64,000 nt of DNA from an uncultured Lachnospira sp. (GTDB lineage: Bacteria; Bacillota; Clostridia; Lachnospirales; Lachnospiraceae), in assembly GCA_964482965.1 (NCBI GenBank), contig CAYZZP010000014.1:552-64551 (forward strand), read 5' to 3'. This document shows, one piece after another, positions 1 to 10,010 of the stretch. The position numbers and the translations under genes are program-made. Positions within the stretch are counted from its first letter, which is position 1. The number at the start of each line of letters is the position of its first letter. The notes beneath the pieces are model-generated. The model made no database searches and was not told the origin of the DNA. It worked only from the letters and a program-made list of their open reading frames with translations.

Positions 1-669
1 GATTATGAATTTATAGCGACATACACTCCGCTGTATGCAAAGGCAGCAGGATTGACCGTACGAATAGGAGCATACGGAATAATAGGCGCATTTGTTGTGG
101 GAATAATATGTTGTCTGATAAAGGAATTAAAGGTGCCTGTTTTAAAGCGTATTGTACAGATATACATTGAACTGTCAAGAAATACGCCTCTGCTGATACA
201 GCTATTCTTTCTGTATTTTGGACTTCCGAAGATTGGAATTGTGTTAAGTCAGGAAGCCTGCGGAATTATAGGATTGATTTTTCTGGGAGGCAGTTATATG
301 GCGGAAGCCTTTCGTACAGGAATTGATAACGTACCGGAGGTTCAGAGAGAAACCGCATATAGTCTTGGAATGACAAGGAGACAGACATTTTGGAGAATAA
401 TTATGCCGCAGGCGGTTGCAACCAGTGTTCCGGTATTTTGCGCTAATATAATATTCCTCATTAAAGAGACATCAGTATTCAGCGCAGTAGCTCTGGCAGA
501 TCTTATGTATGTAACTAAGGATTTAATAGGCTTGTACTATAAGACGGATGAAGCGTTATTGATGCTTGTTATAGCATATCTTATAATTCTTCTTCCTATA
601 TCGCTGTTAAGCTCGTGGATAGAGAGGAGGGTAAGATATGCAGGATTCGGGAATACAGGTTCTGTTTGA
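1..669 (+). CDS. Polar amino-acid ABC transporter permease (5'-partial; frame is open from base 1)
   Basis: RNTPLLIQLFFLYFGLP and EAA-like loop (QRETAYSLGM); frame reads DYEFIATYTPLY from position 1, so the start lies just upstream of the window. Confidence 0.9.
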   Translation, partial: DYEFIATYTPLYAKAAGLTVRIGAYGIIGAFVVGIICCLIKELKVPVLKRIVQIYIELSRNTPLLIQLFFLYFGLPKIGIVLSQEACGIIGLIFLGGSYMAEAFRTGIDNVPEVQRETAYSLGMTRRQTFWRIIMPQAVATSVPVFCANIIFLIKETSVFSAVALADLMYVTKDLIGLYYKTDEALLMLVIAYLIILLPISLLSSWIERRVRYAGFGNTGSV

Positions 670-1315
670 GGGAGTTAATTTCGCAAGACTGCTGGAAGGG
701 CTTTGGGTATCGCTGGAGCTGGCGCTTATATCTATGCTGTTTTCGGTTATTCTCGGACTGCTTTTAGGCGTAGTAATGGCCGGAAAAAATAGAGTTATCC
801 GTTTTATTTGCAGAGTGTATCTTGAAATTGTAAGAATTATGCCTCAGCTTGTGCTGTTATTTATTGTGTATTTCGGAGCGGCAAAGCATTTGGGAGCAGA
901 TATTTCAGGAAAGACAGCGGCGGTTATAGTATTTACCTTCTGGGGAACGGCAGAAATGGGCGACTTGGTTAGAAGCGCATTAATTTCTATTCCCAGACAC
1001 CAATATGAGAGCGGATATAGTCTCGGCTTGTCAAAGCTGCAGCTTTACCTGCACATTATTTTGCCGCAGACTATCCGCAGGCTGCTTCCGTCGGCGGTAA
1101 ATCTTCTGACAAGAATGATAAAAACTACGTCATTAGTAGTGCTTATTGGTGTTGTGGAAGTAGTCAAAGTTGGAAAACAGATTATCGACGCGTCCAGATA
1201 TGACAACCCTAAGGCTGCCATATGGATATATGGAACAATATTTGTGCTGTATTTTGTAGTATGTTATCCGATTTCAAAGCTGTCGGCGGTTCTTGAAAAG
1301 AGGCTTAGAACATAA
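638..1315 (+). CDS. Polar amino-acid ABC transporter permease
   Basis: QYESGYSLGLS EAA loop, LPQTIRRLLP, multiple TM segments; GAGG RBS. Confidence 0.92.
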   Translation: MQDSGIQVLFEGVNFARLLEGLWVSLELALISMLFSVILGLLLGVVMAGKNRVIRFICRVYLEIVRIMPQLVLLFIVYFGAAKHLGADISGKTAAVIVFTFWGTAEMGDLVRSALISIPRHQYESGYSLGLSKLQLYLHIILPQTIRRLLPSAVNLLTRMIKTTSLVVLIGVVEVVKVGKQIIDASRYDNPKAAIWIYGTIFVLYFVVCYPISKLSAVLEKRLRT

Positions 1316-1370
1316 GCTGAGGCAGCATATAGAGAAATAAGAATTAAAATCAGAGGTTAGGAGGAAGAAA

Positions 1371-2126
1371 ATGGAACAGCCAATATTGCAGGCAAAGGCA
1401 CTGACAAAGTCATTTGACGGTGCAAATCCCGTATTGAAGAATATTGATTTTTCTATTAACAAGGGAGAAGTAGTAGTCATCGTCGGACCGTCGGGCTGCG
1501 GTAAGAGTACGTTTTTAAGATGTCTTAATTTGTTGGAGGATATAGATTCCGGCGAGATATTGCTGAATGGCATTGCGATAAATTCTGACAGGAAAAATGT
1601 ACATAAGTATCGCGAAAAAATAGGCATGGTTTTTCAAAGCTACGATTTGTTTCCGCACAAAAATGTGCTTGAAAATATTATGCTTGCGCCGAGATTGGTT
1701 CAAAAAAGAGACAAAGGCGAGGTAAAGCAAGAGGCGGAAAAGCTTTTGCAGCGAGTGGGGCTTTGGGAAAAACGGAGTATGTATCCAAGACAGCTTTCAG
1801 GCGGGCAGAAGCAGAGGGCTGCTATTGTGAGAGCGCTTATAATGCACCCTGAGATTTTGCTGCTGGACGAGATAACTGCTGCCCTTGATCCGGAAATGGT
1901 GAGAGAAGTGCTTCAGGTAGTGCTTGAGCTTGCAAGAGACGGAATGACAATGGTTATAGTAACGCATGAAATGGATTTTGCGAAGGCTGTGGCTGACAGA
2001 GTGATTTTTCTGGATAATGGAGAAATTGTGGAGGAAGCCGGGCCTCAGGAATTTTTCTCTTATCCCAAAACCGAGAGAGGAAGCAAGTTCTTAAATACGT
2101 TTCACTATGAGGCGCTGGAAATTTGA
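1371..2126 (+). CDS. Amino-acid ABC transporter ATP-binding protein (GlnQ family)
   Basis: Walker A GPSGCGKS, LSGGQKQR signature, LLLDE Walker B, VTHEM. Confidence 0.95.
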   Translation: MEQPILQAKALTKSFDGANPVLKNIDFSINKGEVVVIVGPSGCGKSTFLRCLNLLEDIDSGEILLNGIAINSDRKNVHKYREKIGMVFQSYDLFPHKNVLENIMLAPRLVQKRDKGEVKQEAEKLLQRVGLWEKRSMYPRQLSGGQKQRAAIVRALIMHPEILLLDEITAALDPEMVREVLQVVLELARDGMTMVIVTHEMDFAKAVADRVIFLDNGEIVEEAGPQEFFSYPKTERGSKFLNTFHYEALEI

Positions 2127-2249
2127 ATGATATACTGCAAATCTTAGAAAGTACAAATTAAAGCAGGGAGCAGAGGTTGAAAAACAAAATAACATATTGC
2201 CGGGTGTTAACCAAACATCTAATTTAAATAAAGAAAAGAGGAAAAATAT

Positions 2250-3113
2250 ATGAAGAAATTAAAGTTAATTAGCGTTTTATTGATAGTTATATTAGTCGTA
2301 GGTGCATTTGCAGGCTGCAACAAAAAAACTGAGAGTACAAATCAGAATGTTGCGGCAGGAAGCATTGACAAAATTAAGGCGGAAGGAAAGATAAAAATCG
2401 GAGTATTCAGCGATAAGAACCCTTTTGGATATGTGGATAAGGACGGAAAGGTTCAGGGCTACGACGTTTACTTTGCAAAGAGAATAGCTAAGGATTTGCT
2501 TGGAAACGAGGACGCTGTGGATTTTGTGTATGTGGAAGCCGCTAACAGAGTGGAATATCTGCAGTCGGGAAAGGTTGATATTATTCTTGCCAATTTTACA
2601 GTGACAGATGAACGGGCAGAGAAGGTAGATTTTGCACTTCCTTATATGAAGGTGGCTCTCGGCGTCGTATCGCCTGAAAATTCGCTTATTACAGATGTTG
2701 AGCAGCTTAAAGGCAAAACTCTTATAGTTGTGAAGGGAACAACCGCAGAGACATTTTTTGGAAAGAATTATCCTGATATAAATCTGCTTAAATTTGACGA
2801 GTATCAGGAGGCGTATGACGCGTTGCTTGACGGAAGAGGAGACGCATTTTCAACTGATAACACAGAGGTTTTGGCTTGGGCAATCCAAAACAAGGGCTTT
2901 AAGGTAGGAATAGAGTCCATAGGAAATCTTGACACCATAGCTCCTGCAGTTCAGAAGGGAAATACAGAGCTGCTTAACTGGATTAATAGTGAGATTGAAG
3001 CGCTGGCAGCAGAACAGTTCTTCCATAAGGATTTTGAGGAGACATTGGCGCCTGTGTACGGGGACGCTGTAAACGCAGAAAATCTGGTTGTAGAGGGCGG
3101 AAAAGTTGAGTGA
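2250..3113 (+). CDS. ABC transporter substrate-binding lipoprotein (family 3), probably cysteine/cystine
   Basis: Lipobox FAGC; GVFSDKNPFGY and KVDIILANFTVTDER motifs; substrate inferred from the sulfur-gene context. Confidence 0.88.
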   Translation: MKKLKLISVLLIVILVVGAFAGCNKKTESTNQNVAAGSIDKIKAEGKIKIGVFSDKNPFGYVDKDGKVQGYDVYFAKRIAKDLLGNEDAVDFVYVEAANRVEYLQSGKVDIILANFTVTDERAEKVDFALPYMKVALGVVSPENSLITDVEQLKGKTLIVVKGTTAETFFGKNYPDINLLKFDEYQEAYDALLDGRGDAFSTDNTEVLAWAIQNKGFKVGIESIGNLDTIAPAVQKGNTELLNWINSEIEALAAEQFFHKDFEETLAPVYGDAVNAENLVVEGGKVE

Positions 3114-3122
3114 TAAAAGAGC

Positions 3123-3467
3123 TGTGATTGTATCACTATGAAGCTGTTTTTCAATGAAAAGACTTCAATCGTTATCTAAAATCTGATAAATTTTTGAGCG
3201 TGCTAAAGAGCTCGGTTACGATTATATCGTAACCGGGCATTATGCGCGTATTGAATATAATGAAAAAAGCACGACAGTCAGGATATATGCTTTGTTAGTC
3301 AGAAATGTTAGTCAGAAAGAACAAAAAGCAGTTGTAAATCAGATAAATAGCGATATAATTGAAATAGAGTTTGAAGAACCTCAGAGAGCCGTCACGAAGG
3401 GACAAGCCATAGTGCTTATGACAAGGACGTAGTTGTTGGCGGCGGAACTATAATAGAGGCAAAGTAA
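3123..3467 (+). pseudogene. mnmA: Heavily deleted, frameshifted remnant of tRNA 2-thiouridylase MnmA
   Basis: Manual translation gives MnmA-like blocks in native order: CDCITMKLF; DFNRYLK..ERAKELGYDYIVTGHYARIEY; KHDSQDICFV; IEFEEPQRAVTKGQAIVL/YDKDVVVGGGTI-TAA. Confidence 0.88.
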
Positions 3468-3479
3468 GGAGAAAATTAC

Positions 3480-4388
3480 ATGACATTACAACAGCTAAGA
3501 TATGCGGTTGCCATTGCGGACAATAAATCTATGAATAAAGCGGCGGCGGAATTATTTGTAACTCAGCCAAGCCTGTCTAATACCATAAAGGACTTGGAAA
3601 ATGAGATACATATAGAGATTTTTGCCCGCTCAAACAGAGGAATTGTGATAACGCCGCAAGGGGAGGAATTTTTAGGCTACGCAAGGCAAATGCTTGATCA
3701 ATACCGCCTTATAGAGGAGCGTTATGTGGACAAAACAGCGTCAAAAAAGAAATTCAGCGTATCTATGCAGCATTACACCTTTGCGGTGGAAGCATTTATC
3801 AGAATGGCCAAAAGATTTGGCATGGATGAATATGAATTTGCGGTTCATGAAACGAAAACCAGCGAGGTTATTGGCAATGTGCATTTTGGGAGAAGCGAGA
3901 TTGGAGTTATCTATAAAAATGTATTTAATGAAAAGTTCATTGACAAGCTTTTGAGAGAAAATGATTTGGAATTTATTCCGCTCTTTGACTGCAAAATATA
4001 TGTGTATTTAAGCAAGAGCAACCCGCTGGCAGAAAAAAAAGCCATTGCATTTGAGGATTTGCAGCAGTATCCATGCCTGTCCTTTGAGCAGGGGGACAAT
4101 AATTCCTTTTATTTTGCGGAGGAGGTACTTAGCACATATGATTACAGGCAGATAATTAAGGCGGACGACAGGGCGACGCTGCTTAACCTTATGGTGGGGC
4201 TGAACGGCTATACGCTGTGCTCGGGTATTATCTGTTCTGAGCTTAACGGCGAAGAATATGCGGCGGTTCCCCTCGATACGGAGGAGACTATGACTATAGG
4301 CTATATTAAGCGAAAGAAAATGCATCTAAGCATTTTGGGCGAGAAGTATATCGAGGAGCTGCAGAAGTACGAGGAAAGAGTGCTATAG
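3480..4388 (+). CDS. LysR-family regulator (MtaR/CmbR-like sulfur amino-acid regulator)
   Basis: N-terminal HTH SMNKAAAELFVTQPSLS; AAGGAG RBS; sulfur-gene context. Confidence 0.92.
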   Translation: MTLQQLRYAVAIADNKSMNKAAAELFVTQPSLSNTIKDLENEIHIEIFARSNRGIVITPQGEEFLGYARQMLDQYRLIEERYVDKTASKKKFSVSMQHYTFAVEAFIRMAKRFGMDEYEFAVHETKTSEVIGNVHFGRSEIGVIYKNVFNEKFIDKLLRENDLEFIPLFDCKIYVYLSKSNPLAEKKAIAFEDLQQYPCLSFEQGDNNSFYFAEEVLSTYDYRQIIKADDRATLLNLMVGLNGYTLCSGIICSELNGEEYAAVPLDTEETMTIGYIKRKKMHLSILGEKYIEELQKYEERVL

Positions 4389-4400
4389 GCTTAGGCTATA
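4384..4400. promoter_or_regulatory. LysR operator, TATAG-N7-CTATA (MtaR/CmbR-type box)
   Basis: TATAGGCTTAGGCTATA; TATAAT -10 at 4446-4451 upstream of the metI-like gene. Confidence 0.7.
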
Positions 4401-4559
4401 ACAAGCCATATGTTTTATGAATTAAAACTTATTTTCAAAGTGTTGTATAATTAAAACATAATAATCCGATAGAAAAACAAAAAGAGATGGATAATTTCTT
4501 ACGGGCTGTAAGGAATATTAACCATAAATATATTGTAGCAGGAAAGGAGATTATTATGT

Positions 4560-5702
4560 ATGGCATACCATGTTGAAACAAAGTGTTTACATTTGGAACA
4601 AAAAGAAGCCGGTTGTGATAAGTCGGGAGCCATAAGCTTTCCAATTTATCAGACTGCGACATTTGCACATCCCGGTTTAGGAGAGAGTACAGGATATGAT
4701 TATAGCCGGCTCCAGAACCCCACAAGAGAGCAGGTGGAAAAAATTGTAGCTAAACTTGAGGGCGGAGAGGACGCAGTGGCATTTTCCAGCGGAATGGCGG
4801 CTGTCTCTGCAGTAATGGAGTTATTTGAACCGGGCGACCATATAATTGCGGACGACGATTTGTATGGAGGAAGTGTACGATTATTTTTAAATATAAGCAG
4901 GAAAAATGGAATAGATGTAACAAGAATTAATTTGTGCCAGGAGGATTTGGAAGCTTATATAAAAGAAAATACAAAGGCAATTTTTATAGAGACGCCCACA
5001 AATCCTATGATGAATGTGATTGATATCAGTAAAGTATCAGAGCTTGCAAAGAAACATAAGCTGCTGCTTATCGTGGATAATACATTTTTATCACCGTATT
5101 TTCAAAACCCATTAAAGCTGGGAGCGGATATTGTTATTTACAGCGGCACTAAATATCTGGGCGGACACAATGATACTCTTGCAGGCTTTGTGGTGTCGGC
5201 TTCAAATGAGATTTCTGAAAAAATGAGATTTATAATAAAAACCACAGGGGCGGGTCTGGCGCCATTTGATAGCTGGCTTATATTAAGAGGTATTAAGACG
5301 TTAGCCATAAGAATGGAAAAGGCTCAGGAAAATGCAAAGCGGCTGGCGCTGTGGCTTAAAGGCAGACCGGAGGCTACGAGGGTTATATATCCGGGCTTGA
5401 AAGAGCATCCGGGGTATGAGATAATGAAAAAGCAGGCAAAAGGCTTTGGGGCAATGCTTACCTTTGAGGTAGAGTCTAAGGCTTTAGTCGAGCAGATATT
5501 AAAAAGGGTTAAGCTTATACAATTTGCAGAAAGTCTTGGAGGAGTCGAGACACTTATTACATATCCCATAACTCAGACGCATGCCGATGTGCCGCCGGAG
5601 AGTCTTGAAAAGAGTGGAATAAATGACAGGATTTTAAGATTGTCAGTAGGGATAGAAAATATTGATGATTTGATAAATGATTTGGAGCAGGCTTTTGGCT
5701 AA
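4560..5702 (+). CDS. Cystathionine gamma-synthase / Cys-Met metabolism PLP enzyme (MetI/MetB family)
   Basis: YSRLQNPTR, FSSGMAA, ETPTNP, DNTF, SGTKYLGGHND (PLP lysine), AESLGGVETL, RLSVGIE. Confidence 0.93.
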   Translation: MAYHVETKCLHLEQKEAGCDKSGAISFPIYQTATFAHPGLGESTGYDYSRLQNPTREQVEKIVAKLEGGEDAVAFSSGMAAVSAVMELFEPGDHIIADDDLYGGSVRLFLNISRKNGIDVTRINLCQEDLEAYIKENTKAIFIETPTNPMMNVIDISKVSELAKKHKLLLIVDNTFLSPYFQNPLKLGADIVIYSGTKYLGGHNDTLAGFVVSASNEISEKMRFIIKTTGAGLAPFDSWLILRGIKTLAIRMEKAQENAKRLALWLKGRPEATRVIYPGLKEHPGYEIMKKQAKGFGAMLTFEVESKALVEQILKRVKLIQFAESLGGVETLITYPITQTHADVPPESLEKSGINDRILRLSVGIENIDDLINDLEQAFG

Positions 5703-5713
5703 AAGGAGGCAGT

Positions 5714-6898
5714 ATGGGAGAGAAAAATCTTGATTTTGACACAGTGGTTGACAGAAGAAATACCCTGAGCCTAAAGTATGATTTTGCAAAGGAGCGGGGA
5801 AGACCTGAGGATATTCTTCCATTGTGGGTTGCAGATATGGATTTTAAGGCTTCGTCATATATTATTGACGCTTTGAATGACGTAAATAAACATGGAATAT
5901 ATGGTTACAGCGACTCAAAGCAGGAATATTATGAAGCGCTTAAAAATTGGATGAAAAGCCATTACAACTGGGAGGTCAGCGAAAGCTGGCTTATCAAAAC
6001 TCCGGGAATTGTGTATGCGCTGGCTATGGCAATTAAGGCATATACGAAGGAGCGCGAGGCAGTATTGATTCAGCAGCCTGTATATTATCCGTTTTCTGAG
6101 GTTATAGAGGACAATGACAGGAGGCTTGTTGTAAATGAGTTAAAGCAGGGGAAGGACGGAAAATATTACATTGACTATGAGGATTTTGAGGATAAAATAA
6201 TATCGGAAAATGTAAAGCTGTTTATCCTGTGCAATCCCCACAATCCTGTTGGTAGAGTCTGGACAAAGGAGGAGCTTTCAGAGCTTGGCGACATTTGTCT
6301 TAAACATAATGTGATAGTGGTGAGCGATGAAATACATGCTGATTTTGTGTATGGAAGAGCGCATACAGTATTTACAAATATAAAAGAGTCCTATAAAAAT
6401 ATTGGAATTGTGTGTACGTCTCCAAGCAAAACCTTTAATATAGCAGGGCTTCAGATATCTAATATATTTATTGCGGATGAAGCATTAAGAAAAGGTTTTT
6501 GCAGGCAGATAAGCGCGTCGGGATACAGTCAGGTAAGTCTGACAGGGCTTGCAGCATGCGAGGCGGCGTATAGGCATGGAGACGAATGGCTGTCAGCAGT
6601 TTTAAAATATATAAAAGGCAATGCCGATTATGTGAAAGCATTTTTATCGGAAAAACTTCCGAAAGTTAAAATGACTGAGCTTGAGGGAACATATCTTATA
6701 TGGCTTGATTTTCGGGAATATGGTTTGAATGATAAAGAATTAAACCGCAGGATTGTTTATGAGGCAGGCTTATGGCTGGATGCGGGAAGAATTTTTGGAA
6801 AATCAGGAGAAGGCTTTCAAAGAATAAATATCGCTTGTCCGAGGGCAATTTTGACAGAGGCGCTGGAAAGGCTTGAGGCGGCGTTTAAAGATTTATAA
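5714..6898 (+). CDS. patB: MalY/PatB-family cystathionine beta-lyase
   Basis: LPLWVADMDF, LCNPHNPVGRVW, SDEIHAD, SPSKTFNIAGL. Confidence 0.92.
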   Translation: MGEKNLDFDTVVDRRNTLSLKYDFAKERGRPEDILPLWVADMDFKASSYIIDALNDVNKHGIYGYSDSKQEYYEALKNWMKSHYNWEVSESWLIKTPGIVYALAMAIKAYTKEREAVLIQQPVYYPFSEVIEDNDRRLVVNELKQGKDGKYYIDYEDFEDKIISENVKLFILCNPHNPVGRVWTKEELSELGDICLKHNVIVVSDEIHADFVYGRAHTVFTNIKESYKNIGIVCTSPSKTFNIAGLQISNIFIADEALRKGFCRQISASGYSQVSLTGLAACEAAYRHGDEWLSAVLKYIKGNADYVKAFLSEKLPKVKMTELEGTYLIWLDFREYGLNDKELNRRIVYEAGLWLDAGRIFGKSGEGFQRINIACPRAILTEALERLEAAFKDL

Positions 6899-6984
6899 GA
6901 TAAATGTTGTTAATGTTGTAGATATTAAAAGTTAGTTATTAAAAATTTGAAAATTTATTATAATTATATTAGGAGGAAAATGTT

Positions 6985-7920
6985 ATGAGTAAAGTAGTGG
7001 AAAGCTCATTGGAGTTAATTGGAGGCACGCCAATATTGAAGGCAAGCCGTTATGCAGCTAAGGCAAATGTTACAAATGCCACAATTCTTGCAAAGCTGGA
7101 GTATCTCAATCCGGCAGGCTCCGTTAAGGACAGAATAGCCCTTGCAATGATTGAGGACGCTGAGAAGAAGGGAATTTTAAAGCCGGGTGCAACTATTATC
7201 GAGCCAACAAGCGGCAATACAGGAATTGGTCTTGCGCTTGTAGCAGCGGCAAAGGGTTATAAGGCAGTTCTTACGCTTCCTGACACCATGAGCGTGGAGA
7301 GAAGAAATCTTTTGAAAGCATATGGCGCTGAGCTTGTGCTTACAGAGGGAGCAAAGGGAATGAAGGGAGCTATTGACAAAGCGGAGGAATTAAAGGAAGC
7401 CACTCCGGGAGCAGTAATTCTCAGCCAGTTTACAAATCCTGCCAATCCTGCTGTACACAAGGCGACAACAGGACCGGAGATATGGGAGCAGACAGAAGGC
7501 AAGGTTGACATTTTTGTTGCGGGTGTCGGAACCGGCGGAACAGTAACAGGCGTTGGAGAATATTTGAAGGAGAAAAATCCTAATGTTAAGGTGGTTGCAG
7601 TTGAACCTGCGTCAAGCCCTGTCTTGTCAGCGGGAAAGGCTGGAGCGCATAAGATTCAGGGTATCGGCGCAGGCTTTGTGCCTGACGTGCTTAACACATC
7701 TGTTTATGATGAGATAATAACTATTGAAAATGACGACGCATTTGAGGAGGGCAGAGCATTTGCAGTAAGCGAGGGCGTTTTGGTTGGCATTTCCTCAGGA
7801 GCAGCGTTAAAGGCCGCAGCAATACTTGCAGGCAGACCTGAAAATTCAGGAAAAACCATAGTTGCGCTGCTTCCGGATTCGGGCGACAGATATCTTTCTA
7901 CACCGCTTTTTAATAATTAA
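6985..7920 (+). CDS. cysK: Cysteine synthase A
   Basis: [50 protein letters not shown]. Confidence 0.97.
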   Translation: MSKVVESSLELIGGTPILKASRYAAKANVTNATILAKLEYLNPAGSVKDRIALAMIEDAEKKGILKPGATIIEPTSGNTGIGLALVAAAKGYKAVLTLPDTMSVERRNLLKAYGAELVLTEGAKGMKGAIDKAEELKEATPGAVILSQFTNPANPAVHKATTGPEIWEQTEGKVDIFVAGVGTGGTVTGVGEYLKEKNPNVKVVAVEPASSPVLSAGKAGAHKIQGIGAGFVPDVLNTSVYDEIITIENDDAFEEGRAFAVSEGVLVGISSGAALKAAAILAGRPENSGKTIVALLPDSGDRYLSTPLFNN

Positions 7921-8003
7921 TTAAATTTTATCTTTTTAAAATTTATAGCGTATGTTTTTTATAATTTGGGGATAATATAAACAAACAAAGAAGGGGGTAT
8001 TTT

Positions 8004-8189
8004 ATGGAAGCGTATGTTGACCGGGAAACTTGTATCGGGTGTGAGCTTTGCACTACGATAGAGCCGGAGGTATTCAGAATGAATGACGAAGGAAAATCGG
8101 AGGCTTACGGCAAAACCACAGACGACAACAAGGACAATGTAAAACTGGCGATAGAATCCTGTCCGGTGGATGCTATAGGTGAAAAATAG
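8004..8189 (+). CDS. Single-cluster 4Fe-4S ferredoxin
   Basis: CIGCELC...CPVDAI; GGGGG RBS. Confidence 0.92.
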   Translation: MEAYVDRETCIGCELCTTIEPEVFRMNDEGKSEAYGKTTDDNKDNVKLAIESCPVDAIGEK

Positions 8190-8196
8190 AAAAATG

Positions 8197-8256
8197 TTGC
8201 CGCATTCAAACAGGCGAAAACCACAAGTTATAGGTTTTTACTGTTTGCGTGCGGCA
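8197..8256. terminator. Long imperfect inverted repeat after ferredoxin, probable terminator
   Basis: TTGCCGCAttcAAACAG...CTGTTTgcgTGCGGCAA flanked by A/T-rich runs. Confidence 0.55.
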
Positions 8257-8273
8257 ATTTAATTTGCAGGGAG

Positions 8274-8384
8274 TTAAGTTATTTTTTCATTTTCCTTAGT
8301 GGCAATGACAGAGCATATGATTACAGCAGCAATACATATAATTAATGCAATTCCGCCTCCGGTGGTCCGACCTGCGAATGACAT
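8274..8384 (-). CDS. Candidate small single-TM protein (36 aa; 57 aa from upstream ATG 8447) or remnant of a membrane protein
   Basis: MSFAGRTTGGGIALIICIAAVIICSVIATKENEKIT*, AGGAG upstream of the ATG; below the ORF-track cutoff. Confidence 0.35.
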   Translation of the reverse strand: MSFAGRTTGGGIALIICIAAVIICSVIATKENEKIT

Positions 8385-8497
8385 AAAAGCATCTCCTGTG
8401 AAGGCACATTTTCTGCAGTTTGTGCAGATAAAACCAAGATAAACCATTGCAACACATTTGTTTTCTGCTATAATATAATTTAATAAGAGGTGTTGCT

Positions 8498-9982
8498 ATG
8501 ATTAAAAGAAGATATTATATAATTACTATACTGCTTGTTATATTGCTTTTTGTATGTGCATGCTGTAATTCACCAAAGGCTGTATCGGATAAAGGGACGG
8601 AAAATATTGCTGATAATATAACATTGGCTGACGAGACAAAACCTGACGAGACTGATAAGCATACAGAGGAAGGAGAGCAAAGCACAGGAGAAAAGCAGGA
8701 TGAAAACGGGGAGACTGAGGGAAATAATTCCTCCAGTGCGGAAAATCATATAGGTGCAGAGGGCAATGGGGAAACAGAAGGTCAGACAGGTACCGGAGGC
8801 GGAGCGGAGTCGGGAAACCAGACCAATTCAGGCGGTTCCGCGAATACAGAAAATCCGTCGGAAAATATTAAACAGACAGAACCGGCCGCTCAACAGCCTG
8901 AGAATCCCGGCAAAACCATAGAGGAACAGATTGAATATTATATGAACAAGCTTACTCTGGAAGAAAAGATATGCCAGATGTTTGTGGTTCATCCTGAAAA
9001 ACTTGTAAATAATCCAAGTGCATATACCATATCCGATGAGGCGACAAGAAATGCGATTAATAACTATCCTGTAGGCGGAGTGATATATTTTGACGCTAAT
9101 TTAAAGTCGGAGAGCCAGGTAAAAATTATGCTGGCAAATACGCAGCAATATAGTCTTGACAGAATTGGGCTGCCAATGCTTCTATGCGTTGATGAGGAAG
9201 GCGGACAGGTAGCCAGGATAGCAGGCTCGGGAAGATTTAATGTTCCTGTGTTTGAAAATATGAGTGTCATAGGGGCAGCAAAAGACATAAACAGGGCATA
9301 CAGTGTGGGCGATACCATAGGCGGATATCTGTCACGTCTTGGCTTTAATGTGGATTTTGCGCCTGTGGCTGATGTGCTGAGCAATCCGGACAACACGGTG
9401 GTGAAGCTGCGTTCATTTGGAAGCAGTCCTACATTGGTATCAAATATGACGCTGGCTGTATCAAAGGGGCTTAATAAGCATGGAGTATATAGCTCATATA
9501 AGCATTTCCCGGGACATGGGGCTACAGAGGGAGATACTCATGAAGGGTACGCATACACAAGTAAAACACTGGAAGAGCTTAAGGCATGCGAGCTTGTTCC
9601 ATTTCAAAATGCTATAAATAACGGGGCAGATTTTATAATGGTTGGACATATATCTGTACCGTCGGTAACAGGAGACAATACGCCGGCTTCCCTTTCATAT
9701 AAAATGATTACAGAAATTCTTAGGAATCAGATGGGATATAACGGCATTGTTATAACTGATTCTATGAGTATGGGAGCAATAACCAATAATTATTCTGCTG
9801 ATGAAGCGGTGATAAGGACTATTGAGGCGGGAACAGATATAGTGCTTATGCCGCAGAATCTGGAGCAGGCATACAATGCAGTTCTTTCGGCGGTTAAGAG
9901 CGGGAGAATATCTGAAAACAGGATAAATGAATCAGTCAGACGTATTCTTAAGGTTAAGCTGAATATAAAGAAGAATATGTAA
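8498..9982 (+). CDS. GH3 beta-N-acetylhexosaminidase (NagZ-like), exported, with low-complexity N-terminal stalk
   Basis: VDEEGGQVAR, DFAPVADV, KHFPGHG..EGDTH, ITDSMSMGA; signal peptide with Cys residues (possible lipoprotein). Confidence 0.9.
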   Translation: MIKRRYYIITILLVILLFVCACCNSPKAVSDKGTENIADNITLADETKPDETDKHTEEGEQSTGEKQDENGETEGNNSSSAENHIGAEGNGETEGQTGTGGGAESGNQTNSGGSANTENPSENIKQTEPAAQQPENPGKTIEEQIEYYMNKLTLEEKICQMFVVHPEKLVNNPSAYTISDEATRNAINNYPVGGVIYFDANLKSESQVKIMLANTQQYSLDRIGLPMLLCVDEEGGQVARIAGSGRFNVPVFENMSVIGAAKDINRAYSVGDTIGGYLSRLGFNVDFAPVADVLSNPDNTVVKLRSFGSSPTLVSNMTLAVSKGLNKHGVYSSYKHFPGHGATEGDTHEGYAYTSKTLEELKACELVPFQNAINNGADFIMVGHISVPSVTGDNTPASLSYKMITEILRNQMGYNGIVITDSMSMGAITNNYSADEAVIRTIEAGTDIVLMPQNLEQAYNAVLSAVKSGRISENRINESVRRILKVKLNIKKNM

Positions 9983-10010
9983 AAAGGAAAGAAAAGGAGA
10001 ATAACAGTTT

